A stretch of 64,000 bases of DNA from the human T2T-CHM13v2.0 reference genome, Homo sapiens. The stretch's first letter is position 1; every line of letters begins with the position of its first letter. The stretch lies in assembly GCF_009914755.1 (NCBI RefSeq), contig NC_060941.1; one strand, 5' to 3'. Positions 42,978 to 56,880 of this stretch are shown here, one piece after another. The notes under the pieces were generated by a model. That model was given only the letters and a program-made list of their open reading frames with translations, made no database searches and was not told the origin of the DNA. Position numbers and translations under genes: made by a program.

Positions 42978-43344
42978 CTAAAATAAAATAATAAAAAAAT
43001 AGAGACAGGGTATTGCTTTGTCACCCAGACTGGAGTGCAATGGTTTGGGTCATAGCTCACTGCAGCCTGGAACTTCTGGGCTCAAGCAATCCTCCTACCT
43101 CAGCCTCCTGAATAGCTGGGACTACAGGCACACAACATCCTGCCTGGCTAATTTTTGTATTTTTTGTGGAAAAAGGATCTTATTATATTGCCCAAGCTGA
43201 TCTCGAAGTCATGGGCTCAAGCTATCCTCTTGCCACAAACTCCAAAAGTGCTGGGATTACAGGCAGGCGCCACTGCACCCAGCCTCCCTTTTCTATTGGT
43301 AACTATATCCCTGTTTTCCTTTGAGAAAACAGCCCTCCTTCACT

Positions 43345-43885
43345 TGTGATTGTTAAGTTTAGGTGTCAATTTGACTAGATTAAGGAATACTTATGAGGTG
43401 TTTCCAGAAGAGATTAGCATGTGAATGTGAAGGGAGGAAGTGGGGAAGATCTGCCCTCAATGTGGGCAGGCACCACCCAATCAGCTCCCCCTAACCCACC
43501 ATAGAACAAAAAACAGAGAAATAGCTGCGTTGGTCTCTCTCCTGGAGCTGAGATACTCTCCTCTTCTCCTGCCATGGACATCAGAACTCCAGCCTCTCTG
43601 GCCTTTGGACTCCAGCACTTACTTATACCAGTGGCCTCCTGGGTTCTCAGGCCTTTGGCCTCGGGGTGAGAGTTACACCGTCAGCTTCCCTGATTCTGAG
43701 GCTTTCAGAGTTGGACTGAGCCAAGCTATGGCATCCCAGGGTCTCCAGGTTGCAGATGGCTCGCCGTGGGACTTCTTAGCCTACATAATCAAATAAGCCA
43801 ATTCCCCCAATAAATTCCCTCTCCTCTATCTACCTATCCATCCATCCTATTGGTTCTGTCTCTCTGAAGAGCCCTGATTAATACT
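43345..43885 (+). mobile_element. MLT2 (ERVL) solo LTR
   Basis: Starts tgtgattgttaagtttaggtgtcaatttgact and ends cctattggttctgtctctctgaagagccctgattaatac, with an internal AATAAA near 43809. Confidence 0.8.
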
Positions 43886-44051
43886 ACTCTTAATTCCACA
43901 TTTCAGGTGGGTTCTACAAGTGATCACATGACCTGTGTTTGGTCAGAGCCATAGTGATTTGGATATGTGACCTATCAGGGTATGACAGCTGAGATTCTGG
44001 CTGGACAAATCTGGAAAGAACCCCTCTTCACTGGGGTTGCTCACTTGTTAG

Positions 44052-45027
<976 letters not shown>

Positions 45028-45290
45028 GTGCCCGTCACAGGGTTGTGGGGAGATTGAAATATGCTGTGTGGATACAACTGGGATATGTCATGTACTTTCT
45101 TTACCGATATTCAGCCCTCTGAGGGCCTCTGATATTCCCCTCCCCTAGGCTGCCTCCTCTAGGCCTATGATTCCAAAGGGTATGTGTGTGGGAAGCTCAG
45201 GCTGAGTACAGTAACTGGGTGTGTCTGGAGGGCTAATGCCCTGACTGCAGGGAAGTGGATCCAGGGGGCACAGGGTTACAGACCCTGTAT

Positions 45291-45362
45291 AGACACAGGG
45301 TTATAACCATGAAACAGACTATACAACCCGGTACAGACACAGGGTTATAACCATGAAACAGA
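45291..45362 (+). repeat. 28-bp direct repeat, period 44
   Basis: agacacagggttataaccatgaaacaga at 45291-45318 and 45335-45362. Confidence 0.92.
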
Positions 45363-45694
45363 TTGAGGATCCAGGTGCCTTTGAATCCCAGCTCCACTGC
45401 TTCCCAGCTATGGCACCTTAGACAAGTCACTGTTTCCTCATATCTAGACTGGGAATGATAATGATAGGCTCTGCCTAGAGGGGCTGTTATGAGATTAAAT
45501 AAGCAATTGCATACCAAAGTGCTTAGAACAGTTCCTGGTAGAGAATAAGGGCTCAATAAATTGGCAATTATTGTTATCTCCCTGGCCTTCCCCCACCCCA
45601 GGCACGTGAGACAAGTTTATACCAACAGTTCTCCCTCCCTCTCTTTCTCTCTCCTTCCCACCTGCCCTCTGTAACCCTATGTAACTGCCTTCAG

Positions 45695-45738
45695 AGAATA
45701 CAATCAAACACAGATCCTTTTAGAAAAGCAGGTTTATT
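45695..45738 (-). terminator. CAVIN1: CAVIN1 polyadenylation signal and site
   Basis: AATAAA on the minus strand (plus tttatt at 45733-45738), cleavage near 45715, then a GU/U-rich downstream element (TCTGTGTTTGATTGTATT). Confidence 0.85.
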
Positions 45739-47952
45739 GGTCGGGCTGCTCACCAGGACACAGCAACGTGAGAGGTTCCCCAAGCCCACAGAAAACTGCA
45801 TCTGCCCACAGCTCAGGCCCCTTCAGGCCATCAGCACCAAGGGACCTTGTCCCACAATCCCCAACCTCCCTCGGCAGAGGGGTCTTCAGCCATTCAGAGG
45901 AGAGAAGAGAACCGAGAAAGGGAAAAGGAAGAAAAAAAAAAAAAAAGCAAAGCTTTGTATTGTATAAAAGGTTTGTGTCCCCAGGCTCCCTCCCCCAATC
46001 CCTTAAAACAATGAACTGCAGTTCTAAAAAGCAGGGCAGAGAAGGTAAGGAGCAGGTGGGGGGAAGGAGGAAGCTCTCGGGGCCTCCCTTCAGGCTGTGA
46101 CTGGGGAGAGGGGCTGTTCTTGCTTCTGACAAACCCCCTTTAATGGGGAGGAACAAGGGGACTCGTGTCTTGAGAACCTGGTCGTGTCTTGAGAACCCAG
46201 TCCGAACAGAATCAGGCCTCTGGACTGGGAGCAACACTCCCTTCACCCCCAAAGATTCAGGAAAAGCACCCCAAGGACAAGGAAACCAATGAGGTCTGGG
46301 CTAGCTCTGCAGCTTTAGGATACTAGCTCTAGGGAAGGATTTTTTCCTTTTTAAACAGCGTCTCACTCTGTTGCCTAGGATGGAGCACAGAGGCACCCTC
46401 ATAGCTCACTGCAGCCTCAAACTCCTGGGCTCTGGCGATCCTCCCGCCTCAGCCTCCCAAGTAGCTGAGACCACAGGCACGTGCCACCATGCTCCTAGGG
46501 AAGGAGCTTGAGAAGAAACTGCCAGGAGTGAACCAGGGCTGGCTGCTCTGTGATGTTCTCTCCCCACCTCCCCTCCAGCTCTCAACTTGGTGGCAGGGCC
46601 GGCACCCTGCTCTCCCTCCTAACTCCCAGCCTGCTGCTGCCCCCTTCTGGGACCCTAATTTTCTGGACTTTGAGAAATGGGCTGCCCCTGGGGGTGCCTC
46701 CAAGAGCCCATTTGAGGGATCGGGTGGGGCTGACCTCTCTGTCTTCTTTGGATCATCGCCTTCTCACACTGTCCTCCCTCTTGATTCTGAAAAATGGTCC
46801 TGCTGCCCATGGAGAACCACAGTAAGATAGATTTCTCATGCAGCTAGTGAGGGGACTTCTCTCTTCACCCATTTCCACCTTCTCCTATTTTCCTTTTTTT
46901 TCCTTCTGTTGAGATGGAGTCTCACTCTGTCACCCAGGCTGGAGTGCAGTGTCGCGACCTTGGCTCACTGCAACCTCCACCTCCCAGGTTCAAGCAATTC
47001 TCCCCACCTCAGCCTCCAAAGTAGCTGGGATTACAGGCATGCGCAACCATGCCCAGCTAATTTTTGTAATTTTAGTAGAGATGGGTTTTCGCTTAGTAGA
47101 GATGGGGTGTTTGCCAGGCTGGTCCCGAACTCCTGACCTCAGGTGATCCGCCCACCTCGGCCTCCCAAAGTGCTGGGGTTACAGGCTTAAGCCACCAAGC
47201 CCGGCCGACCTTCTTCTATTTTTCCATTCTCCTTTCCAAAGCCATGGCCATGCGCTCCTGTGTACAGGTGCATAAACACATCAGTGTGCCATCCCTCACA
47301 TGCATGTCGTTCCCCACCCCTCCTTCCCAGGGCTTCTCTTGGCTCCAGCGTTCCTCTGGGACCCTCTGCAGATACAGCCTGTGCTGGACCCCCAGCCAGG
47401 GTGAGGGCTCATTCTGCTCTGTCTTCCCCACTGCCTCAGTTTCCCCCAAAAGCTGCTTTCACGTCCTTCTAGTAGGGGGCCTCCCATGGGGGCAAGGATC
47501 CCCTTTAGGATTCAATCTTTCCTCTTTGGGCAGTTTTGGCTTTGAGTCCCCCAGGGATCAGGGTGAGAATGAAGAAGAGCTCAGTGAGCGGAATGACAGC
47601 AGCTGGGTGGGTGGTGTGGGGAGAGGCTGAGGGGAAGGCAGCCCCCCCAGGGGGGCCTAACCGTGGAATCACTGCAATTTCCTCTGAGATCCCGACTTGG
47701 ACAACCAGGACAGGGATTGACCATTCCCTTCCCATTCCACTCGGACTGTGTCCAAGCGGGGGCTGTCCACTGCGGGGGCTGCCTCCCCATCGGGTCCTAA
47801 CAGCTCTAAGACTGGGAGTGGAGTTCCTGGAGGTGTGGGGAGGGGGGCGTGTTTTCAATTTAGAAAAATCTCAGCCAGCTCGAGCCGAGAGAGAATGCGA
47901 AAGAGGAAGTTCGGAAGGAGCGAGGAATGGGGTGGGTGGCAGCGGGGGCGGC
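45715..47952 (-). other. CAVIN1: CAVIN1 3'UTR
   Basis: Runs from the stop codon to the poly(A) site. Contains two Alu pieces (~46340-46492 and ~46890-47209, both sense in the mRNA) and a U-rich tract (plus-strand A run at ~45932-45946). Confidence 0.88.
46163..46197 (+). repeat. 19-bp-period tandem duplication in the CAVIN1 3'UTR
   Basis: tcgtgtcttgagaacc at 46163-46178 and 46182-46197. Confidence 0.95.
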
Positions 47953-48654
47953 TCAGTCGCTGTCGCTCTTGTCCACCAGCACGGCGTCCGACTCCTCGGT
48001 GATCTCCAGCAGCGCGTGCACGTCGGGGCTGCTCCCGCGCCGCAGGTCGCCGGCCTCCCCGCGCTCCGCGCCGCCCTCGTCGTCGTCGGCGCCCACCTCC
48101 ACCATCTCGGTGGCCTTGAGCACTTCCACCTGGCCCTCGCGGATCTTCTTGACGTGGAAGGTGAAGGGTGGCACCTTGTAGACCGCGGTCTTGGAGCGCG
48201 CGTACACCACGTGGTCGGGCGTGAAGGATTTGCGCAACTTGTCCCGCGACGTCTTCAGTTTCTCGCGCCGCTCGGCGGGCACCAGGCGCGTGCCCAGCTT
48301 GTTCATGCGCTTCTCCAGGGTGTGCCGCGTCTTCTCCAGGTTTTCCTTGGTCTTGAGGCGCGTCTTCTCCAGGTTCTCGCGGGTACGCACCTTGGTCTTC
48401 TCCATCTTCTCCTTGGAGAAGGCCTTCTTGAAGTCGTCCACGCGCCGCAGGCCGCTGCGCTTGATACGCTCTGCGCGGGACTCCTCAATAACCTCCTCAA
48501 CCTCCACCGCCTCGTCCGACGAAAGCTCCAGCGCCGCTGCGTCCTCCTCGGGCCGCTCGCCCTCGCCCAGCTCCTCGCCCTCCTTCTCTGGCAGCGCCTC
48601 CGACTCTTTCAGCGATTTGCTGATGCTCAGTTTGGCCGGCAGCTTCACTTCATC
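47953..48654 (-). CDS. CAVIN1: CAVIN1 (PTRF, caveolae-associated protein 1), coding part of final exon (233 codons + TGA; approx. residues 158-390)
   Basis: Acceptor TTCTCCTCTTCCCTTAG|GATGAAGTGAAGCTG (AG at 48655-48656). Translation DEVKLPAKLSISKSLKESE...KRSGLRRVDDFKKAFSKEKMEKTKVRTRENLEKTRLKTKENLEKTRHTLEKRMNKLG...LVDKSDSD* is the cavin-1 C-terminal half. Exon 1 lies beyond the window end. Confidence 0.98.
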   Translation of the reverse strand, partial: DEVKLPAKLSISKSLKESEALPEKEGEELGEGERPEEDAAALELSSDEAVEVEEVIEESRAERIKRSGLRRVDDFKKAFSKEKMEKTKVRTRENLEKTRLKTKENLEKTRHTLEKRMNKLGTRLVPAERREKLKTSRDKLRKSFTPDHVVYARSKTAVYKVPPFTFHVKKIREGQVEVLKATEMVEVGADDDEGGAERGEAGDLRRGSSPDVHALLEITEESDAVLVDKSDSD

Positions 48655-49480
48655 CTAAGGGAAGAGGAGAAGGGACATGAGAGGCGTCGGAGGAGGCGGA
48701 TGTGGGCGAGCCTGAGTCAGGGTGGTGACGATCCTGGAGAGAGGGGAGCATGGGACGCTCGTGGTCCCCAGGAAACTGGCGGGCGCTCAATAAATGTGTG
48801 TAGGCTCACGCCTGTAATATTAGCGCTGTGGGAGACCGAGGCAGGAGGATGGCTTGAGTCCAGGAGTTCGAGACCAGCCTGGGCAACATATCACCCATCT
48901 CCGGCCCCCTAACCCCGCGTCGCCATTCTTTCTCTCTCTCGCTCCTTGTTTTTTTTTTTTTGTTTTTTTTTTTTTAAACGGAGTCTCGATCTGTTGCCGA
49001 GGCTGGAGTGCAGTGGGCGCGATCTTGGCTCACCGCAACCTCCGCCACCCGGGTTCAAGCAATTCTCCTGCCTCAGCCTCCCGAATAGCTGGGATTACAG
49101 GCGCCCGCCACCACGCCGGCTAAATTTTGTATCTTTAATAGAGACGGTGTTTCTCCATATTGGTCAGGCTGGTCTCGAACTCCCGACCTCAGGTGATCCG
49201 CCCGCCTCGACCTCCCAAAGTTCTGGGATTACAGGCGTGAGCCACTGCGCCCGGCCTCGCGCCGCCATTCTCTAAAAAACATGTGTGTTGAACGAATGGT
49301 GACTAAACAGACCGCGGGAGCAGGGGACCAAACTTCGGGTCGGAGATGGGGTTGCGTAATAATTGCACTTGGGCTAAAATCTCTGTGGTCGTCCAACCCT
49401 GTCCTGATCCCTTTCCACCCGTAGATGATATTAAACCACTACGGCCCTCGGGAGACACAGCTCCACTTTGGAAATGGGCG

Positions 49481-49498
49481 GGGCGCCCTCTGGTGCCG
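49481..49498 (-). promoter_or_regulatory. Candidate CTCF site
   Basis: Minus strand GGCACCAGAGGGCGCCC, close to the CTCF core CCACCAG(A/G)GGGCGC, in a CpG-retaining patch. Confidence 0.6.
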
Positions 49499-51897
49499 CA
49501 AATCGCACACTGCCCGAGCCAGGCCGAAAAGCAAGTGGTGGGAGTGTCTAAGTTGAAAGCGGGTAGGGGTTTGAGCCCACAGCTGCACCTACCCACCCAA
49601 GCAGGTAAAGTAAAGGAAGTGCATTTCCTAGACTCAAGCTATTTCATTTTTTTTTTTTTTTTGAGATGGAGTCTCGCTTTGTCGCCCAGGCTGCAGTGCA
49701 GTGACACGATCTCTGCTGACTGCAACCTCTGCCTCCCAGGTTCAAGCAATTCTCCTGCCTCAGCCTCCTGAGTAGCTGGGACTGCAGGCATGCGCCACCA
49801 CACCTGGCTAATTTTTTTGTATTTTTAGTAGACTCGGGGTTTCACCATGTTGGTCAGATTGGTCTCGAACCCCTGACCTCAAATGATCCACCCGCCTTGG
49901 CCTCCCAAAGTGCTGGGATTACAGGCATAAGCCACTGCTCCTGGCCTCAAGCTATTTCAGAACCAGCCTTAGAGATGGAGAACTGTGGTCCACCCTCCCC
50001 CACCTCCACCTTCTTTGACTCCTTCATACTGTTTGGCTCCACCAGTGGTCATTCTCCCCCTCCCCCACATTTAGAAATTGATATTGGAAAGAGGAAGAAG
50101 CTGGCTGGGAGCCACGGACATGTTTTCTCCCCAGTCTGGACATTTCTTCTGGTTGTGACTTCCCTACTTTGGGATAGAAGAGAGATTACTTTTCAATTCT
50201 TGCTTTCCCTACCCCCTGCCCCCAGCACAAAGCCTGAGCTCAGGGGTCTAGGAGTAGGATGGGTGGTCTCAGATTCCCCATGACCCTGGAGCTCAGAACC
50301 AATTCTTTGCTTTTCTGTCTTCTCCTTGGAGGACTTAGCACCAGAACTGCTTTCCATTCCGGGAAGATTTTCCAAGATCTTGACTCTGGCCAACATTTCA
50401 GAATCTCTGGATCACTCCCTCCCCCACCTCCACCCTCATCAGAGAGCAGGGGAGGCTGAGCACAGAAAGGGAAAGGGCAGACCAAGATCATCAATAGGAT
50501 CTCTTTGGCCCAGACTCCCTTTAGTGACTTCAAATGAAGGAACGAGAGATAGTCGCTTTTCTAAAGGGTTTTCTGAAGACCATTTCCCAGAATTATAAGA
50601 AAAATCCTGTCCCCTAAGAAAATAAGGCAACATAAACTGAGTCCTCTCACTGACACCACACACACACACCCCTATACATAGGCTGCTCGGTATCTCTGCA
50701 CCACCTGCTACAGAAATTCCTTCCCCAGCCCCCAACCTCTTTCCTCTTCCCTCCCATCAACATCCCCCCAGAGTTTCCTGGTTTACACTGAAAACTAGGA
50801 ACACCCTCTCCCAACTTCCTTCCCTTCTTGTCAATAGCATTAGCAGGGACAAAGAGGGAATGCTGGCTCCACCTCTTCTCTCATCTGGGCATCAGCTCTG
50901 CTGGGCACCAAGCCACCTCCAGCTCTCTGTTACCCAACTACACCTCCCAGCAGGCAAGGTGACCTGGGCACAGGGCATGCTGGGACTTGTAGTCTCTACC
51001 TGCCATAGACGGCTTAGTGCAGATCATGGGCAATCCTAGGGCATTTTGTTTATCCCTCTGCCTCTTATCATTCACTGAGGCATTGAAGGGTGTTTTCCTT
51101 GTTCTGAGTGTAGGAGAGTCTCAACTTCTCTTTGCATTCCCTCTGATTTCCAGTCATTCACTTTGGGGCTCCTACAATCACCCTTACCCTGCCTGCTACT
51201 GGAGTGCATATCATTTAAGACTTATACATCATTGTAGGATCTAAACCCTCTTCATCCATCTCCACCCAGAATTTACCTGCAGCCCCAGTATATATATATA
51301 TTAAAAAAAATTCAGCTCTGATCTTTCCTTCATAACCTCCCAGACTTAAAAACCCACCCACGCCCCACCAAAGGGTGGAGAGAGCCCCTCCTTTCACTAA
51401 ACTCAGACAATGTGAATAGGCTAGGGAGGGTTTAAGGGTGACAGGCAGGGAATAGTCAGGAAACAGCCCCAGCTGCTGGAAAACAAATCCACTTTGTCTC
51501 TCTGCCCTACCCCCAGCATCCCCCGCTTCTCCCCTACCCCTGCTGCCTGCTCCACCCCACCCCTAAAGGCTGAGCTGGCTGGTTTTCCTGGCCTGTGGCT
51601 TCCTAGATAAAGGTCTTTGCCAGCTGAACTTGGAAGTGAATGGGACTGGGGAGAGAGCTGCAGACTTCTTATAGCCAATGCCATCTTCCTAGTGCCTCAT
51701 GAAAGGTCTCAAACTACAACATAAGGAAGCAATCCTAGTGAGAGGAGGTTTTTGTTTTTTAGTTTTTTTTGTTTTTTTTGAGATGGAGTTTTGCTCTTGC
51801 TCCCCAGGCTGGAGTGCAATGACACGATCTCGGCTCACCGCAACATCCGCCTCCTAGGTTCAAGCAATTCTCCTGCCTGGGCCTCCCAAATAGCTGA

Positions 51898-52714
<817 letters not shown>

Positions 52715-53965
52715 TAAGGGATCTGGGGGCTCTAACCCCATTCATCGTAGGCTTCCCCTGGAGTGACAGCTTACACCATAGGAGCTGCCTTCTTGGTGGA
52801 AGGTCAGGGGACAGGAGACGAAACAACTTGAGCTGAATCCTGGGATGATGTCCAATAGGCTGGCTCTGGAGAGGGTATTTCACCATTAGCTTTTCCTCTC
52901 CACTCCAGGCCAGGTTTCCCCCATGACTCACGGCCTTGGAGTGCTGTCTTGGTCCCACCCATCTGCTTGCTGGTACAACCACCACAAACACAATCCAAAA
53001 TCATGTCCCTCCACCCTGGGCACACAGGCCAGGCACCCTTGTCCCACCCCTACTTCTCTGGCAGAGCTCCTAAGCCAAAGGAAGGACCTCAGGGGATGGC
53101 AAGGAGGGACGGCTCTGCTTGTTCTGTTTCTCGTTTTTATTAAACAAAACCACCACTCCCAATAGGCTTGGTTTCCAGAGTTACCTTTAATGACCAGCTC
53201 TGAACAAAAGCATTACAGTTCCCCCTGCCCTTTGCCAAGCACACATAGCTCCTCAATCCTCCATGGATGCAGAGGAGCCACAGGGAGGCTCCCAGCCTCT
53301 TCCACTCCACCCCCCAACCCTGCTGTCTAAACTTGAGATCTGGCTTAGGAAGATTTTTATAAGATTATAATGTCATTGAGCACCTATTACACATCTGGCC
53401 CTTGGCCAGGCACTTCACATTTGTTAGGGAGAAGGGACAGATGCCACATGGGTCTGGGTAGGAGGCTCTCTTGACTTAAGGCTGACCAGCTCTAGGTCCC
53501 CAACCACTGCCTGGGAATGGCTGGAGGAGACTGGAGAGGTAATTCAGAGACCCAGGATCTGCTTAGAGTGTATGTTAGAAGAGGGTGCAGAGGAGGGGAG
53601 AGGTGAAGGGGAGAGAACGTCTTTAAAATTCAGGACCTCTGCTAGAGGTTGCTAAGACAAGGAGATGAGAGACCCCAAGGGCAGAAGTGTCCCTCCCTTC
53701 TGCTCTAGCGTGCATTCTTGGCAGGGGTGAAATTGCATCCAAAAGGGTGAAAACTGATTCTTGGAGATTGGGAGGGGACTTAGATATCACAATGATTTGT
53801 GCCACTCCCAAGAGCCACAGTACATAAACAGATATACAGTTTATCTATTGTTTTAACATTTCGTGAGGGAGATGAACAGCTTGGTTAAAAATATCTGAAA
53901 GGGGCCGGGTGCTGTGGCTCAAGGCTGTAATCCCAGCACTTTGGGAGGCCGAGGTGGGCAGATTA

Positions 53966-54479
<514 letters not shown>

Positions 54480-55884
54480 AAAAGGTCTCTATATGGGAGT
54501 GATTATGAAAACAACAACAACCATCAACAACAAAAACTGGCTGGGTGAGGTGGCTCACATCTGTAATCCCAGCACTTTGGGAAGCTGAGGTGGGAGGATC
54601 ACTTGAGCCCCAGGAGTTCAGAACCAGCCTGGGCAACACAGTCCAACCCCATCTCTAAAAAAAATTTTTTTAACATTTTTTTTAAGTTGAGAAACACTCT
54701 GCTATAGGAAGGCCAGAGGTCCTGAGCCAGAGCCAGCTAGAATGTCCCCCTCCTGGCATCTGTGAGTTGGCAGCTTTTGGGCACCCCACCCAAGGCAGGA
54801 TCTGGCAAACATAAGCGATCTCTTTGCAAAGCATTTTCTAAAAGAAACTGGAGAAAATACGTGTAAATGTTTTCCTCAGCTGCAGGGAGTGGGTGGAGAG
54901 GGCACAGAACAGACCCCAGGCCTGAGCCTCATGATGGCCCTCTCCAAAGAGGCTTTGAGCCAAACTGGGTTGTCCCTCAGGAGGAGGCAGCAGGGGGAAC
55001 GGCAGAACCAGAAGCCATGCGCCTTCATGCTAGGCAGCCTTCGGGTGCAGCTTAAGTGTGGGGGAGCATTTACTACTAAAAACAGAAACCAAGAAGTGGG
55101 GAGGCCCCTTCCATTCCCCTCCCATCCCCACTGTATACATCCCATTCTCCTGAACTTTGCATAACGCCAGTGTTCTCACAGTACCCGGCACCCGTCCACA
55201 GTGGGCAGTGACTGGGGATGGTGGCCCTCCTGGCAGTGATCACCACTAGGCTGTGGGCTGACAGTGGACTGAAGAGATACCCCACGCCCACAGAACGGGA
55301 TCCGGGAGACCCTAAACACTCCCACCGGCTGTCAGCTCCTCTGGGGTGGGCCGGGGCCCAGGCTCTGGGTAATATGGCAGTGCCCTAGGCGTCTGGTCAA
55401 AAGGTGGGAGCTCAGGCACTGTCTCAGGCTTCAGGTCAAAGGGCTCAGTCTCAGGCAGGTCAAAAGGCACGATCTTGGGTGTGGCCAGGTCAGAGGGTGC
55501 ATTCGGCTTCTTCTTGGGCTAAGATGAGGAAAAGGGGTTTAAATGGGGCTTGCGGTGGGTGCAAAAGGAGTTGAGAAAAAAGGGCCTTGGTGGCATGCAG
55601 AGTAGGGGCTGGTGAGTAGGGAGGGGAGCACAATGTATTAGGATGGAAATAAACCACTTTTTTTTTTTTTTTTTTTTTAGAAATGGGGGTCTTGCTCTGT
55701 TGCCCAGGCTGTAGTGCAGTGCACAATCATAGCTCACTGCAGCCTCCAACTCCTGGGCTCAAGCAATCTTCTTACCTCAGCCTCCCAAATATCTAGGACT
55801 ACAGTTGTGTACCATCAAACCCGGCTAATTTTTTTTTTTTTTTTTTTTGATAGAGACAAGGTCTCACTATGTTGCCCAGGCTAA

Positions 55885-56040
<156 letters not shown>

Positions 56041-56370
56041 TAGCACGCCCAGCTAATTTTGTACTTTTAGTAGAGACCGGGTTTCACTGTGTTGGCCAGG
56101 CTGGTCTTGAACTCCTGGCCTCAAGCGATCCTCTTGTCTCGGTCTCCCAAAGTGCTGGGATTACAGGCGGGAACCACTGCGCCTGGACTATTTTATTTAT
56201 TTTTTTGAGATGGAGCCTCTCTCTATCGCCCAGGCTGCTAAACTGTAGTGCAGTGGCGTGATCTCTGATCTTGGTTCACCGCAACCTCTGCCTCCTGGGT
56301 TCAAGCGATTCTCCTGCCTCAGCCTCCCAAGTAGCTGGGATTACAGGTGCGTGCCACCATGCTCAGCTAA

Positions 56371-56520
<150 letters not shown>

Positions 56521-56838
56521 TAAATGCTTCATCAAGAGGGCCCTGGGAGCTGGGCACAGTGGCTCACGCCTATAATCCCTGTAATCCCAGCACTTTGGAG
56601 GCCAAGGTGGGTGGATCCCTTGAGCCCAGGAGTTCAAGACCAGCCTCAGCAACATTGCCCAGGTCTCTGCAAAAAATACTGTTAGTGGGGCCTGTTGGCA
56701 CATGCCTGAAATCTCAGCTACTCGGGAGGCTGAGGCAGGAGAATCACTTGAACCAGGGAGGTGAAGTTTGCAGTGAGCTGAGGTCCAGCCACTTCACTCT
56801 AGCCTGGGCGACAGAGCAAAAGTCTGTCTCAAAAAGGG

Positions 56839-56880
<42 letters not shown>

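Larger units (their letters stand above)
47870..49560. promoter_or_regulatory. Intragenic CpG-rich region over the CAVIN1 last exon and adjacent intron
   Basis: Dense CpGs across 47870-48790. The adjacent Alu (~48948-49256) retains many CpGs, and 49300-49560 is GC/CpG-rich. Confidence 0.7.

Noticed and set aside
45555-45561. Plus-strand AATAAA near the CAVIN1 3' end suggesting a convergent transcript
   Set aside because: Part of a MIR terminus (ctcaataaat); no other evidence of a transcript.
46340-47209. Possible inverted-Alu dsRNA in the CAVIN1 3'UTR
   Set aside because: Both Alu pieces are in the same orientation.
47953-48648. ORF-track start 'MKLPAK' as the protein N-terminus
   Set aside because: The codon is an internal GTG (Val); the exon begins at the acceptor at 48654 and the true start is outside the window.
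47536-48912. 458-aa plus-strand ORF
   Set aside because: Antisense shadow of the GC3-rich CAVIN1 exon; TTG start, ends in Alu sequence, no independent support.
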